DNA of 64,000 nucleotides from an uncultured Actinomycetes bacterium. GTDB lineage: Bacteria; Actinomycetota; Thermoleophilia; RBG-16-64-13. Below are positions 9,438-20,544 of the stretch, piece after piece (the first letter of the stretch is position 1; each line of letters opens with the position of its first letter). Location of the stretch: contig CAWJDT010000001.1 in NCBI GenBank assembly GCA_963841735.1, forward strand, positions 192,001 to 256,000, written 5' to 3'. The notes beneath the pieces are model-generated. The model did no database searches. It was not told the origin of the DNA and worked only from the letters and a program-made list of their open reading frames with translations. Both the position numbers and the translations under genes were made by a program.

Positions 9438-10622
9438 TCAACCTAGCTCGTTGCCGGCGATAAGCACGCTCACAGTCGCCGAGCCCGGCTCGCCACCCTG
9501 GTTGTGAGTCAAACCCAGACGCGGGTCCTTGACCTGGCGCTTGTCGGCCTTGCCTTGAAGCTGCTTGTAGACTTCGTACAACATCCGCAGCCCGGTGGCG
9601 CCGATGGGATGCCCAAAGCACTTCAGACCGCCATCGGTATTGACGGGCAGATCGCCCTCTAGACCGAACGAGCCGGCTTCGATGTCCTCTTTGACCCCGC
9701 CCCGGGGGCTGAACTGCAGGTCCTCCATGATGGTCATCTCGGTGATGGAGAAACAGTCATGCACTTCGGCGATGCTGATCTCTTTGCGCGGGTCCTTGAT
9801 TCCGGCTTCCTTGTAGGCAGCCATGCCTCCGCGATAGGTCTCCTCCACGTGCGCCAGATCGTAGACCTGGCTCATCCAGCCCTCACGCGCACTCTGACAT
9901 ATCGTGGCGGCCTTGATGTAGATGGGATCCGGCCTGAACTTCTTTGCCAGGTCGGCTCGGCAGATCACGGCCGCTGCCGCTCCGTCGCTCACGCCGCAGC
10001 AATCGTATAGACCCAGCGGGTACGCGATCATTGGAGCGTTGATAGCCTGCTCCAGCGTGATCTCCCTCTGGAAATGCGCCTTCGGATTGAGAGATCCGTT
10101 GTGATGATTCTTGACGTCGATCATCGCGAGGAGTCGCTTGCCTTCCTCGAAACTCAGACCATATTTGGCGAAGTAGCCGGTGGCCAGCATGGCAAAGCCC
10201 GCCGCCGGTGTCTGAGTGGTGATGCGGTAGCTCCAGGTAGCGACGGGCCGTGTCTGCGGAAGGCCGGAGAACCCGGTGTCCTTCAGCTTCTCAGCTCCGA
10301 CGGCCAAAACGACGTCGTACACGCCGGCGGCCACGGCGTAGGCGGCCGCTCTGATGGCTTCCGATCCGGTGGCACATTGGTTCTCCACATGTGTCACCGG
10401 GATGTAGGCGAGCTTCAGCGGGGTCGACATGATGGTGCCCGACTCGCCTGCGAAGACGCTGCCCCACCAGGCTGCCTCGATATCTTTGGGCCCGATGCCG
10501 GCGTCTTCAAACGCTTCATACGCCGCGTCGATGATCATATCTTCTAGGCTCTTGCCCCAGTTCTCACCGAACTTGACGCAGCCCATTCCAACGATGGCGA
10601 CTCTGTCTTTGATGCTATCCAC
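9438..10622 (-). CDS. Thiolase-like acyltransferase (SCP2/archaeal/PhlC type)
   Basis: ENQCATGS (catalytic Cys), AEVHDCF, GHPIGATG, THNQGG; GTG start at 10622. Confidence 0.9.
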   Translation of the reverse strand: MDSIKDRVAIVGMGCVKFGENWGKSLEDMIIDAAYEAFEDAGIGPKDIEAAWWGSVFAGESGTIMSTPLKLAYIPVTHVENQCATGSEAIRAAAYAVAAGVYDVVLAVGAEKLKDTGFSGLPQTRPVATWSYRITTQTPAAGFAMLATGYFAKYGLSFEEGKRLLAMIDVKNHHNGSLNPKAHFQREITLEQAINAPMIAYPLGLYDCCGVSDGAAAAVICRADLAKKFRPDPIYIKAATICQSAREGWMSQVYDLAHVEETYRGGMAAYKEAGIKDPRKEISIAEVHDCFSITEMTIMEDLQFSPRGGVKEDIEAGSFGLEGDLPVNTDGGLKCFGHPIGATGLRMLYEVYKQLQGKADKRQVKDPRLGLTHNQGGEPGSATVSVLIAGNELG

Positions 10623-12063
10623 GGCTTGTTCCCTCACATCTGACCGGCTGGCACTTCCACCAGTAGTTGTGGATGCCTCCAATGTAATAGAGTCGGCGGA
10701 ATGTCATTTCCAGTGGTAACCCTACCTCGATCGCGGCCGGGTCTCGGTCTGTCATGTCGCACATGATGCGACCACCGCCCTCGAAATCCACGAAGGTCAC
10801 CGTCACCGGCGAATCGGTGGTCTCCACGATATGGTCATGAGAGAACGAGAACACCTTCGCGGGCACATCGACGAAGTTGTACGGTTCCATCTCATCCTTG
10901 GCCTGACAATTCACGCACACGCGTTGCGGCGGGTATTGCGGAGTGCCACACTGTGTGCACTTGGTGCCCGTGAGGCGCATCTCCCACTGCACTTCGCGCC
11001 ATTGAGCTGCCGGCGAAGGTGTGCGTAGTTCCATGGCCGGCCGGGCGGGCGGCTGTATGGTGACCAGCTCCCGCCAGCGCAGGTACTTGGTGTAGCTTTG
11101 TAGATTGAGCTTGGAAGCCAAGTGCTTCTGGATGCCCCGCCGATCGGTGAACGAACCTATCCGCTCGGTGGTTTCCAGAATGACCACGTCACAGCCATTG
11201 CCATAGCTGGCCAGCAGTATCCGCTCGCCGCCGCCTTTGGCCCGCTCGAGCGCGGCCACCAGGCTCATGAGACTCATGGCACAGCCTGTATCACCGACGC
11301 CGGCGTGAAGCACGTCCTGAACCTGCGTCTTTTCGTCAAAGCCCAGCTTCTTCGCGAGCGCGCGCAGCTGGCGGATATTGGGCGAATTGAGCGCCAAGTG
11401 CGCAATGTCTCCCGCCGTCAGCCCATGCTTCTTCAGTGCTGCCGAAACACTCTGCGCCATAACGCGACCGAAGCCCTCATCCATGGAGAAACGTTCTTCG
11501 GCCGACCGCACAAACGTGTCTTTGTCCGACCGCCAGACATCTTGGATCTCGTAGTATCTGGTCTCGAACTGTTTGACCTCGGCGATCGTGTCGGTGCCAC
11601 CGATCAGCAGGGCGGCAGCCCCGTCGCCGAAGTTCATCTCGCCGGGTCCGGAAGGATAGCCTAGGCGAGTATCCGCGGCACAGACCAAGATGTTCTGGGC
11701 GGAGCCGCTCATCACGGCGTCCAGAGCCGCCCTGAGGGCGTTGGTGCCGCTCCTCAGGGAACCGGAGAAGTCCATAGTGATGGCTTCCGGAGCCAGGCCC
11801 AGGACCGCGGCGATGATGGCTGCGCTTTGCTTCTCTTTATAGGGCGCCGTGGTGGACGCGAAGTACAGTCCTCCGATGGACGCGCGATCTATGCCCTTCA
11901 GGCAGTCTCGGGCGGCAGCCACGGCCATGGTCAAGCTGTCTTCGTCGTAACTGGCGACGGCTCGCTCGCCAGGAGCGGGCGCGCTTCCCCAGGCCTGGGC
12001 TATCTCTGCCCGGCTCAGCCTGAAGAACGGTATATATGCTCCGTAGGAGGTTATTCCAGCCAT
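10615..12063 (-). CDS. HMG-CoA-synthase-like domain (catalytic Cys absent) fused to DUF35 Zn-ribbon/OB-fold
   Basis: GITSYGAYIP, DEDSLTMAV, GDGAAA, SYGNG; C-terminal CTQC...YPP...CVNC and FEGGGRI; GSLRSGT where HMGS has its catalytic Cys. Confidence 0.88.
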   Translation of the reverse strand: MAGITSYGAYIPFFRLSRAEIAQAWGSAPAPGERAVASYDEDSLTMAVAAARDCLKGIDRASIGGLYFASTTAPYKEKQSAAIIAAVLGLAPEAITMDFSGSLRSGTNALRAALDAVMSGSAQNILVCAADTRLGYPSGPGEMNFGDGAAALLIGGTDTIAEVKQFETRYYEIQDVWRSDKDTFVRSAEERFSMDEGFGRVMAQSVSAALKKHGLTAGDIAHLALNSPNIRQLRALAKKLGFDEKTQVQDVLHAGVGDTGCAMSLMSLVAALERAKGGGERILLASYGNGCDVVILETTERIGSFTDRRGIQKHLASKLNLQSYTKYLRWRELVTIQPPARPAMELRTPSPAAQWREVQWEMRLTGTKCTQCGTPQYPPQRVCVNCQAKDEMEPYNFVDVPAKVFSFSHDHIVETTDSPVTVTFVDFEGGGRIMCDMTDRDPAAIEVGLPLEMTFRRLYYIGGIHNYWWKCQPVRCEGTSRG

Positions 12064-12075
12064 ATCAACTCCCAC

Positions 12076-12903
12076 TTACTTGCTCAGCACTATCTCGCCA
12101 AGATAGATGTCCTTGGAGGTCTTGGCCTCGCGGCTTGCCGCCTTGTAGCCGGGCGCCTGCACTTTGACCGTGTATTTCGTATTCTCCGCCAGACCCTCGA
12201 ACTCAAAATCGCCAAAGCCGTTGGTCTTGGCGGTCTTCGTTGCCCCGTCGCCGCTGATGACGACTTCGATTCCGGTAGCGACCTCATCAACGTCTCCGTA
12301 GATGACGGTGCCGGCCACGAACTTCTTGGGCAGATGCTGGTAGACGACCTTCTCTCCCATGGCATATTCGGGACGCAGGGGCTCGGCCCCGGCGGCTACC
12401 AGCTTGGAAACTGCGCTGGCGGGATCGTCAAGATCACCGAAGACGAGAGCACCGCTGGGGCAGGACTCCACGCAGCGGGGTTCCTTCTCGCCGGCATCCA
12501 GAAGGTGGGCGCAGAAGGTGCACTTCTGGGCCAGTTGCAGCTCTGCGTTCCACTCGATCTGGCGATAGGGGCAGAGGTTGACCAGATCCTTGTTGCCCTT
12601 GGCTTTCTCCGGATCGATCAAGACGATGCCGTCGGCGCGGCGGTAGATGGCCCCGCTCTGGTCGAGCTTGACGCAGGACGCTGAGTCGCAGTGGCTGCAG
12701 GTCGTGACGACGTGGTCCACCTTGACATGGGGATACTGACCGCGCTCGATCTCGTTTACCGTTAGCCAGTTGCCGCCACTCATCGGCTGCGGCGCCGAGT
12801 AACCGGGGTACTCGTTACCCGCGTACTCGTCCCGGCAGGTGAGGAAGCAGTTGTAGCACCCCACACATGTATTGACGTTGATTACCATTCCATACCTGGA
12901 CAC
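12076..12903 (-). CDS. bthL: Transhydroxylase-type Fe-S beta subunit (three [4Fe-4S] plus C-terminal beta-sandwich domain)
   Basis: CVGCYNCFLTC, CSHCDSASC, LCPY, CTFCAH...PRCVESCP; C-terminal TNGFGDFEFEGL; GTG start at 12903. Confidence 0.85.
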   Translation of the reverse strand: MSRYGMVINVNTCVGCYNCFLTCRDEYAGNEYPGYSAPQPMSGGNWLTVNEIERGQYPHVKVDHVVTTCSHCDSASCVKLDQSGAIYRRADGIVLIDPEKAKGNKDLVNLCPYRQIEWNAELQLAQKCTFCAHLLDAGEKEPRCVESCPSGALVFGDLDDPASAVSKLVAAGAEPLRPEYAMGEKVVYQHLPKKFVAGTVIYGDVDEVATGIEVVISGDGATKTAKTNGFGDFEFEGLAENTKYTVKVQAPGYKAASREAKTSKDIYLGEIVLSK

Positions 12904-12905
12904 TG

Positions 12906-15440
12906 TTATGCCTCCCACTTGCAGACTTCGACGAGATAGGACATGTTGGCCTCGCCGCAGGCGTTCTTGCTGGTCCAGCGAGACGGCGACAGCAGGTTCA
13001 CGCAACCACCTCTGTCGATGCTCTTCGAATTGCCCGGCTCCAACGGATCGTACTTGGCACCCGCCTGGTACGAATGCACCAGACCCGGACGGACTCGCTC
13101 TGTCACCAAGGCCACGCCGAGCACTCTGGCGCGGTCGTTGTACACCATGACGAGGTCGCCGTCCTTGATACCCCGAGCCTCAGCATCGCCTGGGTTCAGG
13201 CGCATGGGCCAGTAGGCGTACCCGTCCTTGATGATGCGATGCTGGCGGATGTCGTTCAGCCAGTCGATCTTGTTGTCCTGGTGGGTGTGATACGAGAACT
13301 TAGCGTGCGGGGTCATGATGATCAGCGGGTACTTGTCGACCAAGCCCTTAGTCTCGTGACCCTCAAAGAGCGGGATGTAGCGCGGCATGATGGGCCGCTC
13401 TTCGTCATCAGGGAAGTACTTCTCCAGGATGGTGCGCTTGAACTCGATCTTGCCCGACGGGGTGGCCATCTCCGCGGCCTTGTCGGTACCCGCCATCGGA
13501 TTGAAGCGGTCGGGGGTGTCCACAGGGCGACCCTCGTAGTACCACTGGTTCGAGATGGTGGGCTTGTAGTCCTCGGGCAGTGAGGGCACTACGAAGTAGC
13601 CCTTCTTCTTAAACTCTTCGTAGGTGACGTGCTTGGGCAGATCGGTGATGTTGAAGACCTTCTTGATCCAGTCCTCTTCAGAGTTGCCTTCGGTGTACTC
13701 CTGCAGGAAGCCCAAGCGTTCGGCCAACTCGCAGTAGATCTGGTAGTCGGGCTTCGATTCCCACAGGGGCTCGATGCACTTCTGCTGGTACATGAGGATG
13801 CGGTGGTTGCAGTTGACGTTGCCGTTGCCATAACCACCCGGCTGAGCCCACTCCGAGATGTCTTCGTGCTCGAAGTTGGTGCTTGCCGGCAGGATGATGT
13901 CGCCGAACTTGGTCTCGCTCTGCCAGTGGCAGTCCTGCATGACCACAAACTCCAGCTTGGGCGACTGGTACATGCGCACCCACTTGCTGGTATCGCTCAT
14001 GGTGCTGATGAACGAGCCGCCGTGACGGTGGATCATGCGGATCTCAGCACCGTTGGGGCCGGCCTCGGGATACTGCATCTTCTTGAACTGCTGCTCGGGA
14101 TACTGCACACAGAAGCCCTCACCCAGCCATTCGAGATGCCCGTCGAGGATGGCCTCCGGAAGGTTCAGGCGATACACCTTCTGAGTGACCTCGTTGCGGT
14201 CGGGGAAGGTGGGCTGCTCGGCCACCAGGCCGAAGACGTCCCAACCGCAGTCTGAGTAGCCCGCGCTCTTGAACGTCATGTCGAGCGGAGCCCCGTGCGC
14301 GGTGCCGCCCCAGATGTTGACGCCCTCCTTGCCGATGCCCATCATAGAGGCAAGGTGCACGATGAGGCTGCACCATTCGGTGGCATAGGAGTTGCGGCAG
14401 GCACCAGCGGTGCCGTACATGGAGCCGGTGGCCAGCATGGTCTTCTTGGACATCCACTGCTTGGCCACAGCTTTGATGGTATGCGCGGGGATGTCGCAGA
14501 TGGGAGCAGCCCACTCGGGGGACTTGGGCACACCGTCGGTCTTGCCGAGGATGTAGTCCTTCCATTCGTCAAAATACATGGTGCGGTTCTCGACGAACCA
14601 GTGATCGTAAGTGTCATCCTGGATCCACTGATACGCGATGGCCTCCGCCAGAGCGGCGTCGGTGCCGGGACGCGGGGCAAGCCACTTGTCGGCCATGTGA
14701 GCGGCCGTAGCGTTGCAGTAGGGATCGATGAAGATCGCGCCGATGCCCAGTTCGCGCAGCCACTCGCGCCAGATGACCGTCTCTTGGCCGCCGTAGCCAC
14801 CGGCTGACGTGTTGGGATCGACCGACCAGTAGACCACCTGCTCGGTGTTCTTCATAGCCTCAGACAGCATGTCGAAGCAGTCGCACTGGCCAAACCGCCA
14901 GTACCAGCCCCAGGTGTGCATGCTGCCCCAGTGCCAGCCTTCCCAGCTATCCGGGTTGTCCAACAGCTGGGTGTAGCCCAGGATGTTGTAGAACCGGGGC
15001 ATGGGACCCATCTTGTAGTACAGAAGACCGTAGTTGTGGTGCGAGGACACGTAGGCCGTGACCGCGGCCTTCCCATAGGCGCCTTGGATGCGCTTGATCT
15101 CGCTGGTCACCAGGTCGAGAGCCTCGTCCCAGGTGATGCGCTCGTACTCGTCCTTGCCGCGCAGCTCGGGATGCCGCTCGCCGTTGGGATCGAAGTTCTT
15201 GCGCTTCATGGGGTACTTGATGCGGTTCTCAGAGTACACGCGCGTCCGCTCAGCGATGTTGAACGTGTTGATGGTGGTCTTGCGCGGGTCGCTGAACTTC
15301 TTGCCCTTGGCTTCGATGGTCCAGTGACCACCGTCTTCTTCGGTCAGGCGCAACGGACGCATGCGAGTGATGACCCCGTCCTTGACGGTGACCTTCAGCA
15401 TGCCTCCTATGCCTGTATTAATGAATTCCTGTTCTGCCAT
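12906..15440 (-). CDS. Pyrogallol transhydroxylase-family Mo-bisPGD alpha subunit (copy 1)
   Basis: SSHHNYG, NPDSWEGWHWG (Ser ligand), no N-terminal Fe-S motif, no TAT signal, DRGGCVNLL; ATG at 15440. Confidence 0.9.
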   Translation of the reverse strand: MAEQEFINTGIGGMLKVTVKDGVITRMRPLRLTEEDGGHWTIEAKGKKFSDPRKTTINTFNIAERTRVYSENRIKYPMKRKNFDPNGERHPELRGKDEYERITWDEALDLVTSEIKRIQGAYGKAAVTAYVSSHHNYGLLYYKMGPMPRFYNILGYTQLLDNPDSWEGWHWGSMHTWGWYWRFGQCDCFDMLSEAMKNTEQVVYWSVDPNTSAGGYGGQETVIWREWLRELGIGAIFIDPYCNATAAHMADKWLAPRPGTDAALAEAIAYQWIQDDTYDHWFVENRTMYFDEWKDYILGKTDGVPKSPEWAAPICDIPAHTIKAVAKQWMSKKTMLATGSMYGTAGACRNSYATEWCSLIVHLASMMGIGKEGVNIWGGTAHGAPLDMTFKSAGYSDCGWDVFGLVAEQPTFPDRNEVTQKVYRLNLPEAILDGHLEWLGEGFCVQYPEQQFKKMQYPEAGPNGAEIRMIHRHGGSFISTMSDTSKWVRMYQSPKLEFVVMQDCHWQSETKFGDIILPASTNFEHEDISEWAQPGGYGNGNVNCNHRILMYQQKCIEPLWESKPDYQIYCELAERLGFLQEYTEGNSEEDWIKKVFNITDLPKHVTYEEFKKKGYFVVPSLPEDYKPTISNQWYYEGRPVDTPDRFNPMAGTDKAAEMATPSGKIEFKRTILEKYFPDDEERPIMPRYIPLFEGHETKGLVDKYPLIIMTPHAKFSYHTHQDNKIDWLNDIRQHRIIKDGYAYWPMRLNPGDAEARGIKDGDLVMVYNDRARVLGVALVTERVRPGLVHSYQAGAKYDPLEPGNSKSIDRGGCVNLLSPSRWTSKNACGEANMSYLVEVCKWEA

Positions 15441-15561
15441 AACCTGTTCACTCCATGACTTGACTCGTGGACGCCAATATTCTCTCAGTCGCCTCTCGCC
15501 ACCTCGTCTACGACCACCCTGGCCCAAGAAGCTTGCACGACTTCTTGCCCATTGTGCCCCC

Positions 15562-18100
15562 CTAGCCTTCCCACTTGGCCACTTCGACCAAGCACGAGTT
15601 CTGAGCCTCGCCGGGCACGTTCTTTGACACCATCTTCATGGGTGTGAGCAAGTTCACGCAGCCACCCCGGTCGGGGCTGCCGGCCTTACCTGGCTCCAGC
15701 GGGTCGTACTTGGCCCCCGCCTCGTAGGAGTGCACGGTGCCGGGCCGCATGCGCCCGGTGACGATGGCAGCGCATATGACCGTGCCGCGGTCGTTGAAGA
15801 GCTTCACAAGGTCGCCGTGCTTGATGCCACGAGCCGCCGCGTCCACCGGGTTGATGCGAACGGGCCAGTACGCATAGCCGTCGATCTTGACCCGATGCTG
15901 TGGGATGTCGTCCAGCCAGTGGCTCTTGTTGTCGTTATGGGTGTGATACGAGAACCGCGGATGCGGCGAGATCATCTGCAGCGGGTACTTCTCCACCAAC
16001 TCAGAGGTGTTGTACCCTTCCCAGCTGGGGATGTACCGGGCCATGGGAGGCCGCTCTTTGTCGTTGGGGTCGAAGGCCATGAGGGTCTGCGACACGAACT
16101 CCACCTTGCCACTAGGCGTGGCCAGATTGGGCCCATTGTGCGGCGGGTTCGGCGGATTCCTCATCTCCGAGGGCACGTCGGCATCGCGGCCTTCATAGAA
16201 CCAGCGGAAAGATACGATTGGCTCTTCATCATCTGGCCTGCACGGCACCACGAAGTAGCCCTTCTCCTTGAACTCATCGAAGGTGACGTACTTGGGCAGG
16301 TCAGACTTGTCGAAGACTATGCGGTTCCAGTCGTCGATGGTGTGGCCTTCGGTGTACTCCTGCTCGATGCCCAGCCGCTTCGCGAGCTCCGTGTATATCT
16401 CGTAGTCGGGCTTCGACTCCCACAGAGGATCTATGCACTTGTGCTGATAGATGATCACCCGGTGGTTGCTGTTGAAGTCGTTGAAGCCGTAGCCGCCGGC
16501 CGCGCCCCACTCCGAGAGGTCGGAGTGCTCGAAGTTGGTGCTGGCGGGCAGGATGACGTCGCCGAACTTGGTCTCACTCTGCCAGTGGCAGTCCTGCATC
16601 ACGACGAACTCCAGGTTGGGGTGCTGATACATCTGCACCCACTTGTTGGTCTCGCTCATGGTGCTGATGAACGAACCGCCGTGGCGGTGGATCATCTTGA
16701 TGGGGGCGCCGTTGGGCCCTTCCTCCGGACAGGTGAAACGGTGGTACTGCTGCTCGATATTCTGGCCGCAGAAGCCCTCGCCTATCCAGCTGACCGGCGG
16801 GTTCATGACGATCTCGGGCAGCAGGTGGCGATAGGTCTTCTGAGACACCGGGTTGCCCACGGGAAAGTACGACTTCTCGGCCACCGTGCCGAAAGCGTCC
16901 CAGCCGTTATCGGAGTAGCCGAACATGTGGAAGCCCATGTCCAGAGGCGAGCCCTTGCCGGTGCCGCCCCAGAAGTTGACGCCCTCCTTGCCGAAGCCCT
17001 GCATAGCCATGAGATAGATGCACAAACGGCACCACTCAGTGGCGTAGGCCTGGCGGCAGGCACCGGTGGCTCCAAAGATGCTGGCCACAGCCAACATGGT
17101 CTTCTTGGCCGCCCACTCGCGCGCCAGAGCCGTGATGGTGTGAGCCGGGACGTCACAGATAGCCTCCGCCCACTGCGGGGTCTTGGGAGTCTTGTCCTCG
17201 CCCTCACCTAGTATGTGCTTCTTCCACTCGTCAAAGCCGTAAGTACGGTTATCTATGAAGAAGTGGTCGTATGTATCCTCGGTCAACCACACATAGGCGA
17301 TAGCCTCGGCCAGCGCCGCGTCGGTGCCCGGCCTAGGCGCTATCCACTTGTCGCCCATGGTGCTCATGGTGCAGTTGTTGTGCGGGTCGATGACCACGAA
17401 CTGGATGCCCAGCTCCTTCATCCAAATGCCGCCAGATCAGGTTGTCCTGGCCGCTGTACATGTAGGAGGTGCTGTTGGGGTCCACCGACCAGAAGATGAT
17501 CTGCTCGGTGTTCTTGAGCGCATCCTGCAGGAGTTCGGACTGCTCGCAATGGCCCAAACGCCACCAGTAGCCCCAGGTATGCGTGGCCCCCCAATGCCAA
17601 CCCTCCCAGCTGTCTGGGTTGTCGAGGCACTGGCTGTAGCCCAAGATGTTGAAGAAGCGGCCCAAGGGCCCGAGTTTGTAGTGCAGGAAGCCCCAGTTGT
17701 GATGGGACGAGGTCATCGCGGTGATGGCCGCCGGGCCGTGTTCCTTACGGATACGGGTGATCTCACCGGCCACAAGGTCGAGGGCCTCATCCCACGAGAT
17801 ACGCTCATACTCGTCCTTGCCCCTAAGCTCCGGATGCCGGTCGCCGTTGGGGTCGAAATTCTTCCGTTTCATCGGGTACTGGACGCGATTGGTGTACACC
17901 CGCTGCCGCTCCGGCACCTCGTAGCTCTGGAGGGTGGTCTTGCGAGGCGGGGTGAACTTCTGTCCATGGGCTTCGATGGTCCACGAGGGAGCATCGGTAT
18001 CGTCGAAGATTATCGGGCGCATCTTCGTGATGACCCCGTCTTCGACGAAGACCCTCACCGGACCGCCTACTGTGCACTGTATTAAGACCTGCTCAGACAT
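15562..18100 (-). CDS. Transhydroxylase-family alpha subunit (copy 2), interrupted by one frameshift near 17425
   Basis: ORFs 17333..18103 and 15562..17421 join (IWRH-WMKELG) on removing one T from CATTTGG; colinear with copy 1; SSHHNWG, NPDSWEGWHWG. Confidence 0.88.
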
Positions 18101-18604
18101 CAATTTCTCCCTGTTCGCTAGACCGGCCAGGCAACGACACCGCTAGGAAGTCCTTGTAGAGTAAGACCCAGTACCTTCTGCTAGGGCCTTGAGAACACTT
18201 CGGGGTACTACCTCTGGAAGGTGTCCAGGTTGTGCGCTCAAAGTCTACCAAGAACCCGCCCGAAACCACACCGGCAGACGGGCCATCAACGATACTGTCC
18301 GGCGTGTAAGGGGGGCCAGAGGCCACACACAGTGACCCTTGGCCCCCCACATCAGCCTGCAAGCGGATCGGAAGTCCTCCTCGACATCCAACGCGATCCG
18401 CGCCGTACTCCAGACCAGTACCAACTGGCCTTTCTCAGCTTGACGGTGCCCGCCTGATCGATCTCAAAAGCCTTCGGCTCGAGGATGTTCATCCTCTATT
18501 GGATCGATCTCCTAGACCATTGCTCTTTCATTTCTTACAAGACTCTCGAACTTGACTTGATCTCGGTTCCAAGACTAACCGAAGGCCTGCACCACCGCGC
18601 TCGA

Positions 18605-19927
18605 TCAACCTCCTCCTGCCGTCAGACCCGGCAGCCAAGTGCTGATCCAGGGCAAGAAGATGAGCAACACCAGCATGATGGCCATGGTGCTCACAAATGG
18701 CCAACACCCTCGGAAGATCGTATACATAGGCACATCTCTGTGCATGCCCGATATGGTGAACACCACTACTCCCACCGGTGGCGTGATGCACCCGATCATG
18801 ATGCAAAGCACCGTGACGACGCCCAACTGCAGCGGCGAGAAACCCAGGGTCACGGTCAACAGGTTGAAGAAGATGGGCAGAGTGATGATCATGACCGACC
18901 ATATGTCCATGAGGCAGCCCAGGATGAAGTAGAGCAGGCACACCATGATCAGGACCAAGTACTTGTTGAGTTCGGCCTCTACCAGCGCATTGGAAAGGCT
19001 TGTGGCGATTTCGGTGGAGGTCAGGAAGTAGCTGAAGTACCGGGCCCCCATGACAAGAAGTAGGATCATGGCTGACGTCTTGATTGCATCCATGAACGAG
19101 CGACCGAGAGCCTTCCAGGTGAGCTTCCGATACGCCAGGCTTGCCAACGTGATGGCGACAGTGCCTGCCGCCCCGGCCTCAGTAGGGGTGAATATGCCTC
19201 CCATGAGACCACCCATGACCACACCGAACACCACGATGATGCCAATCAGGCCCTTTAGTGAAATCAACCTCTGCTTCCAGCTCACCGCTCGTACTTTGAG
19301 GAGAGGCTGGGGTTCATCTTGCACTGCAGCCAGATCTGCGCCATGAACATGGCGGTCAGCAGGATGCCCGGGACTATGCCGGATATAAAGAGATCACTGA
19401 TGGACGTCTCGGTTATGAACCCGAAGACCACGAAAGCCGCGCTGGGGGGGATGAGGATGCCTAGGTTGCCACCGGCGCATATGGAGCCGAGGGAAAGGCT
19501 GTCCTTGTAACCATACCTTCTCATCTCCGGTAGGGCAGCCTTGTTCATGACGGCCGCCGTGGCGATGTTGTCACCGCAGACGGCCCCGAAGGCCGCGCAC
19601 GAGCCAACCGTGGCCATGGCCAAGCCACCTCGGTAGTGTCCCAGCCAGTTCTTGAAGGTCTCGAAAGCCGCGCGGATCACACCGCCCTCGCCGGCGATGA
19701 TGCCCATCACGACAAACAAGGGGATGATCACCAGAATCGGTGAGGAACCGACCTCGTAGATGGTTGTCGACAACCCAGCCTTCGCGGCTCGCCAAGCCTC
19801 GGGTCATCCAAAAACCCAAGAACCCTGCCACCATCAGCGACAGCCCCACGTGCAATTTCAGGAACATAAGGATGAAGAAGATCACCGACCCTATGACCGC
19901 GCTAGCCCACAAGGGAAGTGAGCTCAT
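18605..19927 (-). CDS. dctM: TRAP transporter large permease, split by two frameshifts (near 19790 and 19285)
   Basis: IPLFVVMG, GGLAMAT, LGILIPPS, GIFTPTEAG, ITPPVG spread over three ORFs. Confidence 0.85.
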
Positions 19928-19931
19928 CTCT

Positions 19932-20479
19932 TCACCGCCCTATCGATAGAAGTTCAACAACCTTAGCAACCATATGGGGATCAGAGTGGCCATCCCGAAG
20001 GCTGATAGATAAGCAAACGGGTAGATAGGCAAACCGAGCACTCCCATGGTCGTCTGCCCACGGCTCTGCACCTTGACGCCCCAGGACCACCAGTTGCCAG
20101 ACCGCTATGACCAAGATGACGACGGCGAGAGCGTAGATGATGGGAGCTACTGTCTTCTGCACCCTCTTCGGAAGATGGTTGGCCAGAACGTCTACAGACA
20201 TCTTCTCGTGTCCCATGTGCTCTAGCCCATGGCGGTGAAGACGATGATCACCAACGACTGCTCGATCAACTCCTGCGTGCCCGGCACGGGCGCACCGAAC
20301 TGCCGACCGATGATGGAGTACACGATCGTCAGAACAAGCGCACCCAGAACCGCGACACCGATGTACGCGATCCACGTGTAGACGGGCTTGAGAAACGCCT
20401 CGACTGAATTGACGAATGCGGATAGACCCGATGTAGGCTGCGCCCCCTCAGCCTCAGGTTGCCCATGTTCGCTCATCAT
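19932..20479 (-). CDS. dctQ: TRAP transporter small permease, split by frameshifts (near 20226 and 20080)
   Basis: PVPGTQELIEQ, MSVDVL; the corrected frame gives TMGVLGLPIYPF; lies between dctP and dctM. Confidence 0.8.
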
Positions 20480-20498
20480 TGTCCTTTCAGTGAAGAGA

Positions 20499-20531
20499 GA
20501 TCGGCCCTGGCCGGCGCGACCAGGGCCGATC
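20499..20531. terminator. Stem-loop between dctP and dctQ
   Basis: GATCGGCCCTGG ... CCAGGGCCGATC. Confidence 0.55.
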
Positions 20532-20544
20532 AGAGGGCTCTTGC

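Noticed and set aside
10615-12063. Mevalonate-pathway HMG-CoA synthase
   Set aside because: The catalytic Cys is absent and there are no other mevalonate genes in the window.
17333-20479. Programmed frameshifting or genuinely split subunits in alpha2, dctM and dctQ
   Set aside because: No slippery heptamers were seen, the shifts go in both directions, and single-base repairs restore ordinary full-length proteins.
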